The translations under genes were made by a program, and so were the position numbers. A stretch of DNA of 64,000 nucleotides from Propionivibrio sp. GTDB lineage: Bacteria > Pseudomonadota > Gammaproteobacteria > Burkholderiales > Rhodocyclaceae. The stretch lies in NCBI RefSeq assembly GCF_016705685.1, contig NZ_JADJLB010000003.1; one strand, given 5' to 3'. Of the stretch, positions 30,313 through 41,210 are shown piece by piece; position 1 is the stretch's first letter; the number at the start of each line of letters is the position of its first letter. Below the pieces are notes generated by a model. It was given only the letters and a program-made list of their open reading frames with translations, did no database searches and was not told the origin of the DNA.

Positions 30313-31575
30313 ATGTCGCTCAATGATCCGCAGTGGGGTAATCGCGGTAGTGATAACGGTGGTGGCAAACGGCCGAATCAGGGTCCGCCGGACCTCGAAG
30401 AGTTGTGGCGTGATTTTAATCGCCGCCTGACCGCCCTGTTGAGCAAGAAGGGCGGTGGCGATAACGGTGGCAGTAACCGGCCGCCGGTTGAGTTCAACCC
30501 GAAGTTTCTCGGTGGTGGCATTGGCCTGCTCGTTGTTCTGGTGCTGCTGGTCTGGCTGGCCAGCGGGTTCTACATTGTCGATGCGTCGCAGCGGGGAATC
30601 GTTTTGCAGTTTGGAAAATACAAGGAGAGTACCGAGTCCGGCCTCAATTGGCGTTTCCCCTACCCGATCCAATCCCATGAACTGGTAAATATTTCTGGAG
30701 TGCGCACGCTTGAAGTGGGCTATCGCAGTAACGAAAAGAACAAGGTGCTCAAGGAAGCGCTGATGCTGACCGATGATGAAAACATCATCAATATCCAGTT
30801 CGCCGTGCAGTACATTCTCAAGGATCCGGTTGAATACGTCTTCAACAATCGCTCCCCGGATGAGGCCGTGATGCAAGTGGCCGAGACGTCTATTCGCGAA
30901 ATCGTGGGCAAGAGCAAGATGGATTTCGTGCTCTACGAAGGTCGCGAGCAGATCGCGGTGAAGGCGTCCAGCCTGATGCAGGAAATCCTTGATCGCTACA
31001 AGACGGGCATCCTGATTTCAAAGGTCACGATGCAGAATGCCCAGCCGCCGGAACAGGTACAGGCCGCGTTTGACGACGCCGTGAAAGCGGGGCAGGATCT
31101 TGAGCGCCAGAGAAACGAAGGCCAGGCTTATGCCAATGATGTGATTCCGAAATCGAAAGGCACTGCGGCCCGATTGATACAGGAAGCAGAGGGTTACAAG
31201 CAGCGCCTGATTGCCACTGCCGAAGGCGATGCCAGTCGTTTCAAGCAGATCAACACTGAGTATGCCAGAGCGCCAGAAGTGACGCGTAGTCGCATGTATC
31301 TTGAAACCATGCAGCAGGTATATTCCAGCACCAGCAAACTGCTGATCGATGCCAAGGGTTCAGGCAACCTGCTTTACCTGCCGCTCGACAAGCTGATGCA
31401 AGCTTCCGGGGCGATTGCTGCCGTTCCGGAAGGCGTCGGCAGCAGTGCCGAGATGCCGGCGCAGGTTCGTTCCGCGACAGGAGTGCCCAACGCGGCGCTG
31501 CCAACTGGCCATGACAAAACCGACGCACGATCGCGCGATGCCTTGCGCAGCCGGGATCGGGAGGTGCGCCAATGA
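30313..31575 (+). CDS. hflK: FtsH protease modulator HflK
   Basis: SPFH/band-7 domain. Likely start MSLNDPQWGN at 30313 (the ORF track begins at 30280). Confidence 0.9.
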   Translation: MSLNDPQWGNRGSDNGGGKRPNQGPPDLEELWRDFNRRLTALLSKKGGGDNGGSNRPPVEFNPKFLGGGIGLLVVLVLLVWLASGFYIVDASQRGIVLQFGKYKESTESGLNWRFPYPIQSHELVNISGVRTLEVGYRSNEKNKVLKEALMLTDDENIINIQFAVQYILKDPVEYVFNNRSPDEAVMQVAETSIREIVGKSKMDFVLYEGREQIAVKASSLMQEILDRYKTGILISKVTMQNAQPPEQVQAAFDDAVKAGQDLERQRNEGQAYANDVIPKSKGTAARLIQEAEGYKQRLIATAEGDASRFKQINTEYARAPEVTRSRMYLETMQQVYSSTSKLLIDAKGSGNLLYLPLDKLMQASGAIAAVPEGVGSSAEMPAQVRSATGVPNAALPTGHDKTDARSRDALRSRDREVRQ

Positions 31576-32462
31576 AAGCCGGTATGAATTTCGCGCTGGC
31601 GATCGTTGCCGTAGCGATAGTTATTCTGGGTGCGACGATCTTTACGGTGGATCAGCGGAAGTACGCCATCATTTTCCAGTTTGGCGAGGTCCGTGACGTC
31701 ATCTCCGAGCCGGGACTCTACTTCAAATGGCCAATGATCCAAAACGTGCGTTACTTCGACAATCGTATTCTTACTCTCGACAACTCGGAACCCGAGCGCT
31801 TTATCACCTCGGAAAAGAAGAACGTGCTGGTCGATTCCTTTGTCAAATGGAAGATTGTCGACCCGCGCCTTTACTATGTTTCTGTAGCCGGAGATGAGAT
31901 TCGTGCCAGGACTCGGCTGTCGCAGACAGTCAATGCGGGCTTGCGCGAGGAGTTTGGCAAGCGCACCGTTCACGATGTGGTGTCCGGCGAGCGCGACAAG
32001 ATCATGGAACAGATGCGCGAAAAGGCCGATCTCGATGCGCGGAAGATCGGTGTGCAGATCATCGATGTCCGGGTCAAGCGTGTTGATTTTCCGCCTGAAG
32101 TCAGTGAGTCTGTCTATCGGCGCATGGAGGCCGAACGCAAGCGCGTGGCCAACGCATTGCGCTCCGAGGGGTTCGCGGAAGCAGAAAAACTCCGCGCCGA
32201 CGCCGACAAACAACGCGAAGTGATCGTCGCCGAAGCCTATCGCGATGCACAAAAGACCAAAGGCGAGGGCGATGCCAAGGCCACCGCGACCTATGCACAG
32301 GCGTTCAGCCAGAACCCCGAATTCTATGCGTTCTATCGCAGTCTTGAAGCTTATCGCAACAGTTTCAAGAGCAAGAATGATGTTATCGTCGTGGAGCCAA
32401 ATTCGGACTTCTTCAAGTACATGAAGAGCGTCGGGCGAGGCGGCGAAAAGACCGGTAAATGA
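31572..32462 (+). CDS. hflC: FtsH protease modulator HflC
   Basis: SPFH domain protein whose start overlaps the hflK stop (ATGA). Confidence 0.9.
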   Translation: MKAGMNFALAIVAVAIVILGATIFTVDQRKYAIIFQFGEVRDVISEPGLYFKWPMIQNVRYFDNRILTLDNSEPERFITSEKKNVLVDSFVKWKIVDPRLYYVSVAGDEIRARTRLSQTVNAGLREEFGKRTVHDVVSGERDKIMEQMREKADLDARKIGVQIIDVRVKRVDFPPEVSESVYRRMEAERKRVANALRSEGFAEAEKLRADADKQREVIVAEAYRDAQKTKGEGDAKATATYAQAFSQNPEFYAFYRSLEAYRNSFKSKNDVIVVEPNSDFFKYMKSVGRGGEKTGK

Positions 32463-32644
32463 CCACCAGCTTGCTTGTCGCCTTCGCGCTGATGCTGGTG
32501 CTTGAAGGCCTGGTGCCGTTTCTGGCCCCCGGTATCTGGCGAGATACGTTTCGCCGTCTGATACAGCTCTCCGATGGGCAGATCCGGTTCGTCGGCTTGA
32601 CCTCTATGCTGGTTGGAATCGTTGTGTTGATGGTTTTCAGATGA
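32459..32644 (+). CDS. DUF2065 (YjeT-like) small membrane protein
   Basis: 61 aa with two TM helices. Overlapping stops/starts with hflC and hisZ. Conserved position after hflC. Confidence 0.75.
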   Translation: MTTSLLVAFALMLVLEGLVPFLAPGIWRDTFRRLIQLSDGQIRFVGLTSMLVGIVVLMVFR

Positions 32645-33795
32645 ACTGGCTGTTACCCGAATATATTGCCGATGCGCTTCCCCAGGAAGCTGCCCGGATA
32701 GAACGGCTCCGGCGTGCCGTGCTCGACCTGTTTCGATTGCATGGTTATGAGCTGGTGATGCCGCCCATGCTGGAATACCTGGATTCTCTGCTGACGGGTT
32801 CGGGTTCCGACCTCAGGTTGCGCACCTTCAAACTGGTCGACCAGTTGTCCGGGCGCACGCTGGGTCTGCGCGCCGACATGACCCCCCAGGTCGCGCGTAT
32901 CGATGCCCATTTGCTGAATCGGCAGGGCGTTACGCGACTATGCTATTGCGATAGCGTGCTGCATACCTTGCCGGCCTCGCAGGCAGCGAGCCGGGAGCCT
33001 ATTCAGCTGGGTGCTGAACTTTATGGCTACGCTGGCATTGAGGCTGACCTGGAGGCGATCCGTTTGCTGGCCGTGGCGCTCGATACGGCAGGCACGCCCG
33101 CATCGCGTATCGATATCGGCCACGTCGGGGTGTTCCGCGCTCTGGCGAATGCGGCTGGACTTGCCGCTGAAGTCGAAGCGAAGATTCTGCTGCTTCTGCA
33201 AGCGAAGGACATACCGAGCTTGCGTGACTATTGCGCCTCCGTAGCCGAGCCCTATCGCGCCGCCTTCCTGCGACTGCCCGAGCTTTACGGTGGCGGCAAT
33301 CTGCTGGATACGGCTGCCAGGGAATTGCCGTCGCTCCCGGAAATTACATCGGCATTGGAAACGATGCGCCATTTGCAGGCCTCGATGCCGGAGTTGCCTC
33401 TGTCTTTCGATCTTGCCGATCTGAGGGGTTATCACTATCACAATGGCGTTGTGTTTGCCGCGTATTACCCAGGTTTTCCAAGCGCCATCGCGCTCGGTGG
33501 ACGCTATGACGGGGTTGGCAAGGAATTTGGCCGAGCCCGGCCGGCGACAGGGTTTTCGATGGATTTGCGTGAAGTGGCCAGGCTGGCCGGAGGCGACGCC
33601 ACACCGGGCGCTATCCTGGCGCCCTATGCGGCGTCCGATTCGGCTCTGGCGTCGCAGATCGCTGCGTTACGCGAACAGGGAGAGACTGTCGTCGAGCTGT
33701 TGCCGGGGGAATCGCGTTGCGAAGGCCCGGCGTGCGACAGGCGGCTGGTGGAAAGCGGCGGGAAATGGATAATTCAGGAAACTACCGGGGATTGA
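32641..33795 (+). CDS. hisZ: ATP phosphoribosyltransferase regulatory subunit HisZ
   Basis: HisRS paralogue lacking an anticodon-binding domain ([19 protein letters not shown]). Synteny upstream of purA. Confidence 0.85.
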   Translation: MNWLLPEYIADALPQEAARIERLRRAVLDLFRLHGYELVMPPMLEYLDSLLTGSGSDLRLRTFKLVDQLSGRTLGLRADMTPQVARIDAHLLNRQGVTRLCYCDSVLHTLPASQAASREPIQLGAELYGYAGIEADLEAIRLLAVALDTAGTPASRIDIGHVGVFRALANAAGLAAEVEAKILLLLQAKDIPSLRDYCASVAEPYRAAFLRLPELYGGGNLLDTAARELPSLPEITSALETMRHLQASMPELPLSFDLADLRGYHYHNGVVFAAYYPGFPSAIALGGRYDGVGKEFGRARPATGFSMDLREVARLAGGDATPGAILAPYAASDSALASQIAALREQGETVVELLPGESRCEGPACDRRLVESGGKWIIQETTGD

Positions 33796-33803
33796 CGGGA
33801 AAA

Positions 33804-35111
33804 ATGGCCAAGAACGTTGTAGTCGTCGGTACGCAGTGGGGTGACGAGGGCAAGGGAAAGATAGTCGACTGGTTGACCGATCGTGCGCAGGGCGTGGTGC
33901 GATTCCAGGGGGGGCACAATGCCGGCCATACCCTGGTTGTCGGACAGAAGGTCTACAAGCTCAATCTGGTGCCGTCAGGCATCGTTCATCCCGGCATCAA
34001 ATGCTATATAGGTAACGGTGTCGTGCTGGATATCCAGCATCTCATTTCCGAGATCGAGGTGCTGGAGGCTGGAGGGATCGATGTCCGATCGCGGTTAAGG
34101 GTCAGCCCGGGTTGCCCGCTCATTCTCGGCTACCATTCGGCGCTGGATCGAGCACGCGAAGCGGCAAAGAGTTCGGACACCAGGATCGGCACCACGGGCA
34201 AAGGCATTGGCCCGACGTATGAAGACAAAGTGGCACGCCGGGCCTTGCGGGTATATGACCTTTTCTATCCGGAACGTTTTTCCGAGAAACTGAAGGAAAA
34301 CCTCGACTATCACAATTTTGTCCTGACCCGGTATCTCGGCGCCGAAGCGGTCGATTTCAACACTGTTCTGGAGGCGGCGATGGTCAGCGCAGAGCAGATC
34401 AAGCCGATGGTTGTTGACGTTTCCGCCGAACTGCATGCGCTCAACAAGGCCGGCCAGAATCTTCTTTTTGAAGGAGCGCAAGGCGCCCTGCTCGATATCG
34501 ACCATGGAACCTATCCTTTTGTCACGTCCTCGAACTGCGTGGCCGGACAGGCTTCGGCCGGGGCGGGTATCGGCCCCGGCATGCTCCATTATGTACTGGG
34601 CATTACCAAGGCTTATTGCACGCGCGTGGGTGGCGGGCCTTTCCCGAGCGAACTGGATATCGAGGCGGAAGGCGCACCAGGACGACAGATGTCGCGGAAG
34701 GGGCGTGAGATTGGTACCGTAACCGGGCGCAAGCGTCGTTGCGGATGGTTCGATGTTCCCGCGCTCAAACGTTCGATCCAGATCAATGGCGTGACCGGAC
34801 TCTGCATTACCAAACTCGACGTACTGGATGGTTTGTCCGAACTGAAGCTATGCACCGGTTACAAACTCAACGGAAAAGTGATCGACTTGCTGCCGATGGG
34901 GTCCGACGAAGTGGCCGATTGCCAGCCTGTTCTCGAAAGCATGACCGGATGGGCCGAGTCGACTGCCGGTGTGACGACTGTGGACGAACTGCCCATGGCT
35001 GCGCGTGCTTATCTGGAGCGGATTGAAACACTGTGCGATACCCGGATCGATATCATATCGACCGGCCCAGAGAGGAATGAAACGATTTTGCGTAGACACC
35101 CCTACGACTGA
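33804..35111 (+). CDS. purA: adenylosuccinate synthetase
   Basis: [22 protein letters not shown] and [14 protein letters not shown]. The ORF-track start at 33717 is an upstream extension that overlaps hisZ. Confidence 0.95.
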   Translation: MAKNVVVVGTQWGDEGKGKIVDWLTDRAQGVVRFQGGHNAGHTLVVGQKVYKLNLVPSGIVHPGIKCYIGNGVVLDIQHLISEIEVLEAGGIDVRSRLRVSPGCPLILGYHSALDRAREAAKSSDTRIGTTGKGIGPTYEDKVARRALRVYDLFYPERFSEKLKENLDYHNFVLTRYLGAEAVDFNTVLEAAMVSAEQIKPMVVDVSAELHALNKAGQNLLFEGAQGALLDIDHGTYPFVTSSNCVAGQASAGAGIGPGMLHYVLGITKAYCTRVGGGPFPSELDIEAEGAPGRQMSRKGREIGTVTGRKRRCGWFDVPALKRSIQINGVTGLCITKLDVLDGLSELKLCTGYKLNGKVIDLLPMGSDEVADCQPVLESMTGWAESTAGVTTVDELPMAARAYLERIETLCDTRIDIISTGPERNETILRRHPYD

Positions 35112-35199
35112 TTGTTCTGGCTTAACTGCCTCGTTGGTTGAAGGTTTGCTGGTTGGTTTCTCCCTGAGATCGGGTAATCTGCGCCGGAGAGTGTAGACC

Positions 35200-36225
35200 A
35201 TGGGAATTCTCGACTGGTTCAAGAATCGTCCTTCCTTGTTTGAGCCCGACCATGTGTCGGATGAAATGACGTTACGGGCGATTGATAAGGCCGTTTCGCT
35301 TACAAACCCGCGAATTAAGCTCATCGATTCGTATCAGGAACGCTTGGCGCCTGCCGTGGAGGCCAGCATCCGATATCTGCGCGAAATGGTACTGGCAGTA
35401 CCCCCGGCGATTCGGGTTTCATCGCTTCGCTGGGCTACCGATCCGGAGTTGAGAGCGTTCTTTGCCTCAGCCCAGGATATTCCCAATGCCTTGGGTCGAT
35501 CAATTAGCTTGCGCACTCTATTTGAAAAATTCCCGGAAATAGACCAGGCTTATTTCGTTCTCGCTATGCAATTCAAAGAGCAGCGCGTGCTCGGAATATC
35601 TATGCGAGGTGACTTTGTTCAGCACGATGTTGCGCAAACGACGATCAGCTTTTGCGAGCACGAAGCGCGCATCTGCGGACTCGACGATTCAGAGGTTCGC
35701 CACTTGCTGGGCTTGCAGGCGTATGAATATTTGTTGGCGCAGGCGCTGGCCGAAATCGGGGAGGAGCGATCCGAACGTCGCGAGCTGGAAGACAATCGAG
35801 CGTTGATTCAGGCCAGACTACGCTTGCTGCAGCAACAGGGGCCTGGCCTTGGTTCGGTCTTCGGCAGCGTGCCGGCACGATCGGACGATGAGTCCAAGTT
35901 GGCAACCCAGCTCATGGAGAATGAGCACCAGCTGGAGGCCTTGGGCAGCCCACATGCCAGCCTCGACATCGAGCTGGAATCGCTTCGAGCCGTTCTTACG
36001 CATCCGGAGCGTTATATCCAATTCGAACAAAGACGGCTCAGGCTGAATACCATGAACGTCTTGGTGGATGACCAGGGCACGGATGTTGCCTCAGATATTG
36101 CATTTTCTGTGGTGCGGATGACCGGTGTGTCGCAAAGACAACGCGCGTTTGTTTTGGCTACATTTACGCGTGCCGAGTTGCCGGAGGATAGGTTAAATTT
36201 TGATCTTGCTGCTCGCCTGCTTTGA
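35200..36225 (+). CDS. hypothetical protein (341 aa, soluble, central coiled-coil-like segment)
   Basis: Long clean ORF with coding-like composition. No family recognised by eye and no TM helices. Contains EERSERRELEDNRALIQARLRLLQQQG. Confidence 0.6.
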   Translation: MGILDWFKNRPSLFEPDHVSDEMTLRAIDKAVSLTNPRIKLIDSYQERLAPAVEASIRYLREMVLAVPPAIRVSSLRWATDPELRAFFASAQDIPNALGRSISLRTLFEKFPEIDQAYFVLAMQFKEQRVLGISMRGDFVQHDVAQTTISFCEHEARICGLDDSEVRHLLGLQAYEYLLAQALAEIGEERSERRELEDNRALIQARLRLLQQQGPGLGSVFGSVPARSDDESKLATQLMENEHQLEALGSPHASLDIELESLRAVLTHPERYIQFEQRRLRLNTMNVLVDDQGTDVASDIAFSVVRMTGVSQRQRAFVLATFTRAELPEDRLNFDLAARLL

Positions 36226-36477
36226 GTTGGCTGTCGGACCGCTTGGCGAAGTAACGATTTAATTTAGTCAAGGGCCAACATCTAAGCCAGCTAGCAGATA
36301 CACTGCCGCCGTGACCAGTGGCGATAGGACAAAAGATCATAGCTACTGAGCGAATTTGAGTATTCTTTGCAATCATACGTTCCAATTTTTGTCGCTTCAG
36401 GAATTTTAGCCGGTATTTTTGGTCGAAAAGACCAATACAACAAAGTGATGTCAATTCGTTTAATTGGGGGGTGTCTG

Positions 36478-39009
36478 ATGACGTTTGGTACTTCTGCCCA
36501 TGCTCCGTCATGGCTCAATTTAGTGCGTAACCTGTTTAACTTGGTGCGCCACCTACAAGTGACGTCGCTTATCGCTCTCTCTGCGATTTCGTTTCCAGCT
36601 TTAGCAAACACAGGACATGTGTCCGAGGCCGACCTCGTTCTGCCCAACCTGAGCGATACCTCATTAGTGGCATTTCTCGGTAATACTTCGGGCTGGACGC
36701 TGCTTTCCTACGGTCTTCTGGTTTGTATCGGTGGTCTGATATTCGGGGCTGTCATTTACCGTCAGATCTTCAATCTTCCGGTACATCGCTCGATGGCTGA
36801 AGTCAGCGAGCTGATCTACGAAACCTGCAAGACCTACATGATTACCCAGGGGAAGTTCCTGTTGATCCTGGAAGCATTTACCGCCGTGATCATGATCGGC
36901 TATTTCTATTTCGTCCAGCATCTTGCCGTTTCGTCGGTGGCGCTGATTTTGATTTTTTCCCTGGTCGGAATCGCCGGATCCTTCATGGTGGCCTGGTTCG
37001 GCATACGCATCAACACGCTGGCGAACAGCCGTACGGCCTTCGCCTCGCTGGCGGCCAAACCGTATCCCGTCTACGCCATCCCGATCAAGTCGGGGATTTC
37101 CATCGGCATGTTGTTGATCTCGACCGAACTGCTGATCATGCTCTGCATCATGCTGTTCGTTCCTGCAGATTTGTCCGGCAAGTGCTTCATCGGGTTTGCC
37201 ATCGGCGAATCTCTCGGTGCTGCCGCACTGCGGATCGCCGGCGGAATCTTCACCAAGATCGCCGACATCGGGTCGGATTTGATGAAGATTGAATTCGGCA
37301 TTCAGGAAGACGATGCGCGCAACCCGGGAGTGATTGCCGATTGCGCGGGCGACAATGCGGGCGATTCGGTCGGTCCCACCGCCGATGGTTTCGAAACCTA
37401 CGGCGTCACAGGCGTGGCGCTGATCAGTTTCATCATGCTCGCCGTCCCGGAACCCGCCGTTCAGGTCCAGCTGCTGGTATGGCTGTTTGCCATGCGCATC
37501 ATGATGGTCATCGCCTCGGGTATTTCCTATCTCGGCAATCAGGTTATGGCCAAGCGACTCTACGGTGATAAAGCGCGCTTCAATTTCGAATCGCCGTTGA
37601 CCTCGCTGGTGTGGATCACCTCGGTCGTTTCGCTGATCATCACCTTCATCGTCTCGTATCTGCTGATGGGGCAGTTTACGGTCAACGGGCACGCTTACAC
37701 GAATCTTTGGTGGCAGTTATCGCTGATCATCACGCTGGGTACGCTGGCTGGCGCCATCATTCCCGAAGTCGTCAAAGTATTCACCTCGACGCATTCCAAA
37801 CACGTCCGCGAGGTGGTGACGGCATCCGAAGCAGGCGGTGCCAGTCTGAACATACTGTCTGGCTTGGTCGCTGGCTACTTTTCCGCATTCTGGATCGGCG
37901 TGATCATCGTCGGACTGATGTCAGGCGCCTATCTGCTGTCGCAATACGAGTTGACCACCGTAATCAATCCTGAATATGTCAAGGCCACCATGATGGCCGC
38001 GGTTTTCTCGTTCGGGCTGGTGGCCTTCGGTTTCCTGGGGATGGGTCCGGTGACGATTGCCGTCGATAGCTACGGCCCGGTGACCGACAACGCTCAATCG
38101 GTGTACGAGCTGTCGATGATTGAACAAGTGCCCGGCATCGAAGCCGAGGTGAAGCGTGATTATGGTTTTGATTTGAACTTCCGTACCGCCAAGTTCTTGC
38201 TCGAAGAGAACGATGGTGCCGGCAATACCTTCAAGGCCACGGCCAAACCGGTATTGATCGGAACTGCCGTGGTAGGCGCCACGACGATGGTATTCTCCAT
38301 TGTCATGTTGCTGACCTCGGGCCTGACGGAAAATCTGGAAATGCTTTCGCTGCTGCACCCCCCCTTCCTGCTTGGTTTGATCTCCGGTGGTGCGACGATC
38401 TTCTGGTTTTCCGGCGCCAGCACGCAGGCCGTATCAACCGGCGCCTACCGGGCCGTCGAGTTCATCAGCACGCACATCCGGCTGGATGAAGTCGTACAAG
38501 CCTCGCAGAAGGACAGCAAGAAGGTTGTCGAGATCTGCACGATCTACGCCCAGAAGGGCATGTTCAACATCTTCATGGCGGTATTTTTCGGCACGTTGGC
38601 CTGTGCCTTCATCGAGCCCTTCTTCTTCATCGGTTACCTGATCTCGCTGGCCATCATCGGTCTGTATCAGGCAGTCTTCATGGCCAACGCCGGCGGGGCT
38701 TGGGACAACGCCAAGAAGATCGTGGAAACCGAAATGCACGCCAAGGGGACGGATCTGCACAACGCCTCGGTGGTCGGCGACACGGTCGGCGACCCGTTCA
38801 AGGACACCGCCTCGGTCGCCATGAATCCGATCATCAAGTTCACCACACTGTTCGGTTTGCTTGCGGTCGAAATGGCGGTGGGGCTATTCGCCCAGGGTCA
38901 GCAGACGGTGGTCTATGCGCTGGCGGCCATCTTCCTGGCGATCAACCTCTTTTTTGTATTCCGCAGTTTTTACGGCATGCGCATCATTGCCAAAAAGGAA
39001 GTGGTGTAA
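36478..39009 (+). CDS. hppA: membrane-bound proton/sodium-translocating pyrophosphatase
   Basis: Polytopic, with the diagnostic motifs GVIADCAGDNAGDSVGPTADGFETYG, DNAGGAWDNAKK and VGDTVGDPFKDT. The start is placed at the ATG at 36478, preceded by GGGGGG. The ORF track starts at 36367 in AT-rich DNA. Confidence 0.9.
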   Translation: MTFGTSAHAPSWLNLVRNLFNLVRHLQVTSLIALSAISFPALANTGHVSEADLVLPNLSDTSLVAFLGNTSGWTLLSYGLLVCIGGLIFGAVIYRQIFNLPVHRSMAEVSELIYETCKTYMITQGKFLLILEAFTAVIMIGYFYFVQHLAVSSVALILIFSLVGIAGSFMVAWFGIRINTLANSRTAFASLAAKPYPVYAIPIKSGISIGMLLISTELLIMLCIMLFVPADLSGKCFIGFAIGESLGAAALRIAGGIFTKIADIGSDLMKIEFGIQEDDARNPGVIADCAGDNAGDSVGPTADGFETYGVTGVALISFIMLAVPEPAVQVQLLVWLFAMRIMMVIASGISYLGNQVMAKRLYGDKARFNFESPLTSLVWITSVVSLIITFIVSYLLMGQFTVNGHAYTNLWWQLSLIITLGTLAGAIIPEVVKVFTSTHSKHVREVVTASEAGGASLNILSGLVAGYFSAFWIGVIIVGLMSGAYLLSQYELTTVINPEYVKATMMAAVFSFGLVAFGFLGMGPVTIAVDSYGPVTDNAQSVYELSMIEQVPGIEAEVKRDYGFDLNFRTAKFLLEENDGAGNTFKATAKPVLIGTAVVGATTMVFSIVMLLTSGLTENLEMLSLLHPPFLLGLISGGATIFWFSGASTQAVSTGAYRAVEFISTHIRLDEVVQASQKDSKKVVEICTIYAQKGMFNIFMAVFFGTLACAFIEPFFFIGYLISLAIIGLYQAVFMANAGGAWDNAKKIVETEMHAKGTDLHNASVVGDTVGDPFKDTASVAMNPIIKFTTLFGLLAVEMAVGLFAQGQQTVVYALAAIFLAINLFFVFRSFYGMRIIAKKEVV

Positions 39010-39130
39010 CGGTATGTAGCCCACCGCGTTCTCGATATAATGAACTCGGTGTGCCATCGCCGCGCGTGCATTTTCTTGGCGATGGCGGCAGTCGATGAAT
39101 CAAGTGGACACTATTTAGGGAGATTCAAAA

Positions 39131-39893
39131 ATGCCTATTCATCTTTACTTCTCGCTGATTCCCGAAGCCCTGATTGCTTCAATGTTGCCGCCCGAGCAGT
39201 TCGGGCAGTACTACGCGACGGGCCACAAGTTTAAATCCAAAGGTCAGGCCTTGTTTTTCGAGATCGACCCGACCTACCGCAACGAATTTTTCGACATAGA
39301 CGGGGCCTTTGCGCGCTGCAAGGCGAAGGCGGACGGCACGCCCAAAAACTCGGGTCGTCTCGATGTATCGCGTCATGGAGCATCTCACACTGAGCGCGAT
39401 CGGCAGGTTGTACCTGACGACGGCTAATGGCGCGACACTTGAGTTGAGCCGTGGCAGCCGGCTTCCGCAGCCCGAGAAGGAACTGCACATGTACCAGGAC
39501 CTTACGCCCATCAACAGCATGGTGGTCAGCGTTCTGGACCCGGCAACTTACTACGCGGATATTACCGTCAAGCCATCGCATTCCTTCAGTTTCCCCGGCA
39601 TGTGTTTTGTGGAGCTTGAGTTGGGTAACCTCGCGCTCGATCCGGAGAACGGTCAGGAAGGAGACCTTCCGTATTCGTTCCTCCAGCACCTGCGTGAAGC
39701 GCTGATGGAACTGAAACCGGGAAGCAAGGAGAACAAGCTGGTACACCGTGTGCATTCGCTGGTGTTCCCATTCCGTATGGTCAAGAATGGCTTCTACCTT
39801 GGTATTGGCGGCGAACTGGTTTACTACCCGATGCTGTCAGTCGATGTGCTCAGGAAAGACCACAGCAACTGGTGGAAGTCGGCCAATCTTTGA
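39131..39893 (+). pseudogene. hypothetical protein gene split by a +1 frameshift (ORFs 39131..39427 and 39309..39893)
   Basis: The first ORF reads ...CKAKADGTPKNS and then decays. The +1 frame continues with a long clean ORF, RVVSMYRVMEHLTLSAIGRLYLTT...WWKSANL. The switch point is in or near the A5 run at 39344-39348. Confidence 0.6.
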
Positions 39894-39920
39894 ACTTGAT
39901 GCGCTCACGATCGGTTGGCC

Positions 39921-41210
39921 TCAGATAATCATTCCCGCGCCAACCGTATTGTTGCTTGATTCGTCGATGACGATGAAAGCGCCAGTGCCGCGGTTATTGG
40001 CATAGCTGTCGGCAAAGATCGGTTGTGCCAGTTTGAAGCTGACTCTGGCGATGTCGTTCATGGCCAGCTTTTCGGCAGCCCGATGTGCCATCGTGTTGAT
40101 GTCCATGCGGAAGGCGATGCCGGCCAGAACGGCCTTGCTATCGCGCGTGGTGTGCCGAATCAGGTACTTTCGGCGCGGGTCGAGCGGTAACTCCGAGAGC
40201 CAGCAGAGCATGGCGTCGATCTGCTTGGTGACGTTCGGCAGCTCGCCGGTTCTTACGATCATGTCGCCTCGCGAAATGTCAATTTCGTCTTCGAGCAGGA
40301 GTGCGACGGATTGCTCGGCGAAGGCCGACGGCAGGGATTGACCCATGACCTGAATATCCTTGACGCGTGTTTCACGACCGGCGGGCAGAACGGTCACGGC
40401 ATCGCCGATGGCTATGACACCTGATTCGACGCGACCCATGAATCCGCGGTAGTCGTGCAGTTCGGGGTTGGCCGAATCCTGGGGCCGGCAAACATATTGG
40501 ACGGGGAAACGAAAACTTTCCTCTTGCGCCACATGCGAAGTGGTCGCGGCTTCCAGCAATTCGATCAATGTCGGACCCTGATACCAGTCGAGCCGCTCGC
40601 CGCGGTCAACGATCATGTCGCCGTTCAACGCGGACATCGGGATGAAGCGTACATCCTCTATCCCCAGCCCGGCGGCGAAGGCCGTGTAGTCGGACCTGAT
40701 CCGATCGAAGATGTCTTGAGAATAATCGACCAGATCCATCTTGTTGATGGCCACGACCACATGCGGAATGTTGACCAGATGGGTGAGGTAGGAATGGCGC
40801 CGCGTCTGCGTCAGCACGCCTTTGCGTGCGTCGATCAGGATGATGGCCAAATCGGCGGTCGAGGCGGCGGTGACCATGTTGCGCGTGTACTGTTCGTGAC
40901 CCGGCGCATCGGCAATGATGTATTTCCGGGTGCCGGTCGTGAAGTAACGGTAAGCGACGTCAATGGTGATGCCCTGTTCGCGTTCGGCCTGCAGACCGTC
41001 GGTCAGCAACGAAAGATCAATGGCTTCCATGCCGCGTTTCTTCGATGTTCGCTCGATGGCGTGCAGGGTATCTGCAAGAATCGTCTTGGTGTCGAAAAGC
41101 AGGCGTCCGATCAACGTGCTTTTGCCGTCGTCGACGCTGCCGCAGGTGAGGAAGCGCAGGAGGCCGTTGTCTTGTGCTTCAACCTCAGCAATGTTTTCGA
41201 TGGCGGACAT
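39921..41210 (-). CDS. cysN: sulfate adenylyltransferase subunit 1 (GTPase) CysN
   Basis: LRFLTCGSVDDGKSTLIGRLL, DAPGHEQY, NKMDLV. ATGA overlap with the cysD stop. Confidence 0.9.
   Translation of the reverse strand: MSAIENIAEVEAQDNGLLRFLTCGSVDDGKSTLIGRLLFDTKTILADTLHAIERTSKKRGMEAIDLSLLTDGLQAEREQGITIDVAYRYFTTGTRKYIIADAPGHEQYTRNMVTAASTADLAIILIDARKGVLTQTRRHSYLTHLVNIPHVVVAINKMDLVDYSQDIFDRIRSDYTAFAAGLGIEDVRFIPMSALNGDMIVDRGERLDWYQGPTLIELLEAATTSHVAQEESFRFPVQYVCRPQDSANPELHDYRGFMGRVESGVIAIGDAVTVLPAGRETRVKDIQVMGQSLPSAFAEQSVALLLEDEIDISRGDMIVRTGELPNVTKQIDAMLCWLSELPLDPRRKYLIRHTTRDSKAVLAGIAFRMDINTMAHRAAEKLAMNDIARVSFKLAQPIFADSYANNRGTGAFIVIDESSNNTVGAGMII

Noticed and set aside
39053-39086. Inverted repeat GCCATCGCC / GGCGATGGC after hppA as an intrinsic terminator
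   Set aside because: The 9-bp stem has a 16-nt loop and no following T-tract, which is too weak to call. A similar weak repeat GCCTGAG/CTCAGGC at 5954-5999 was also not called.
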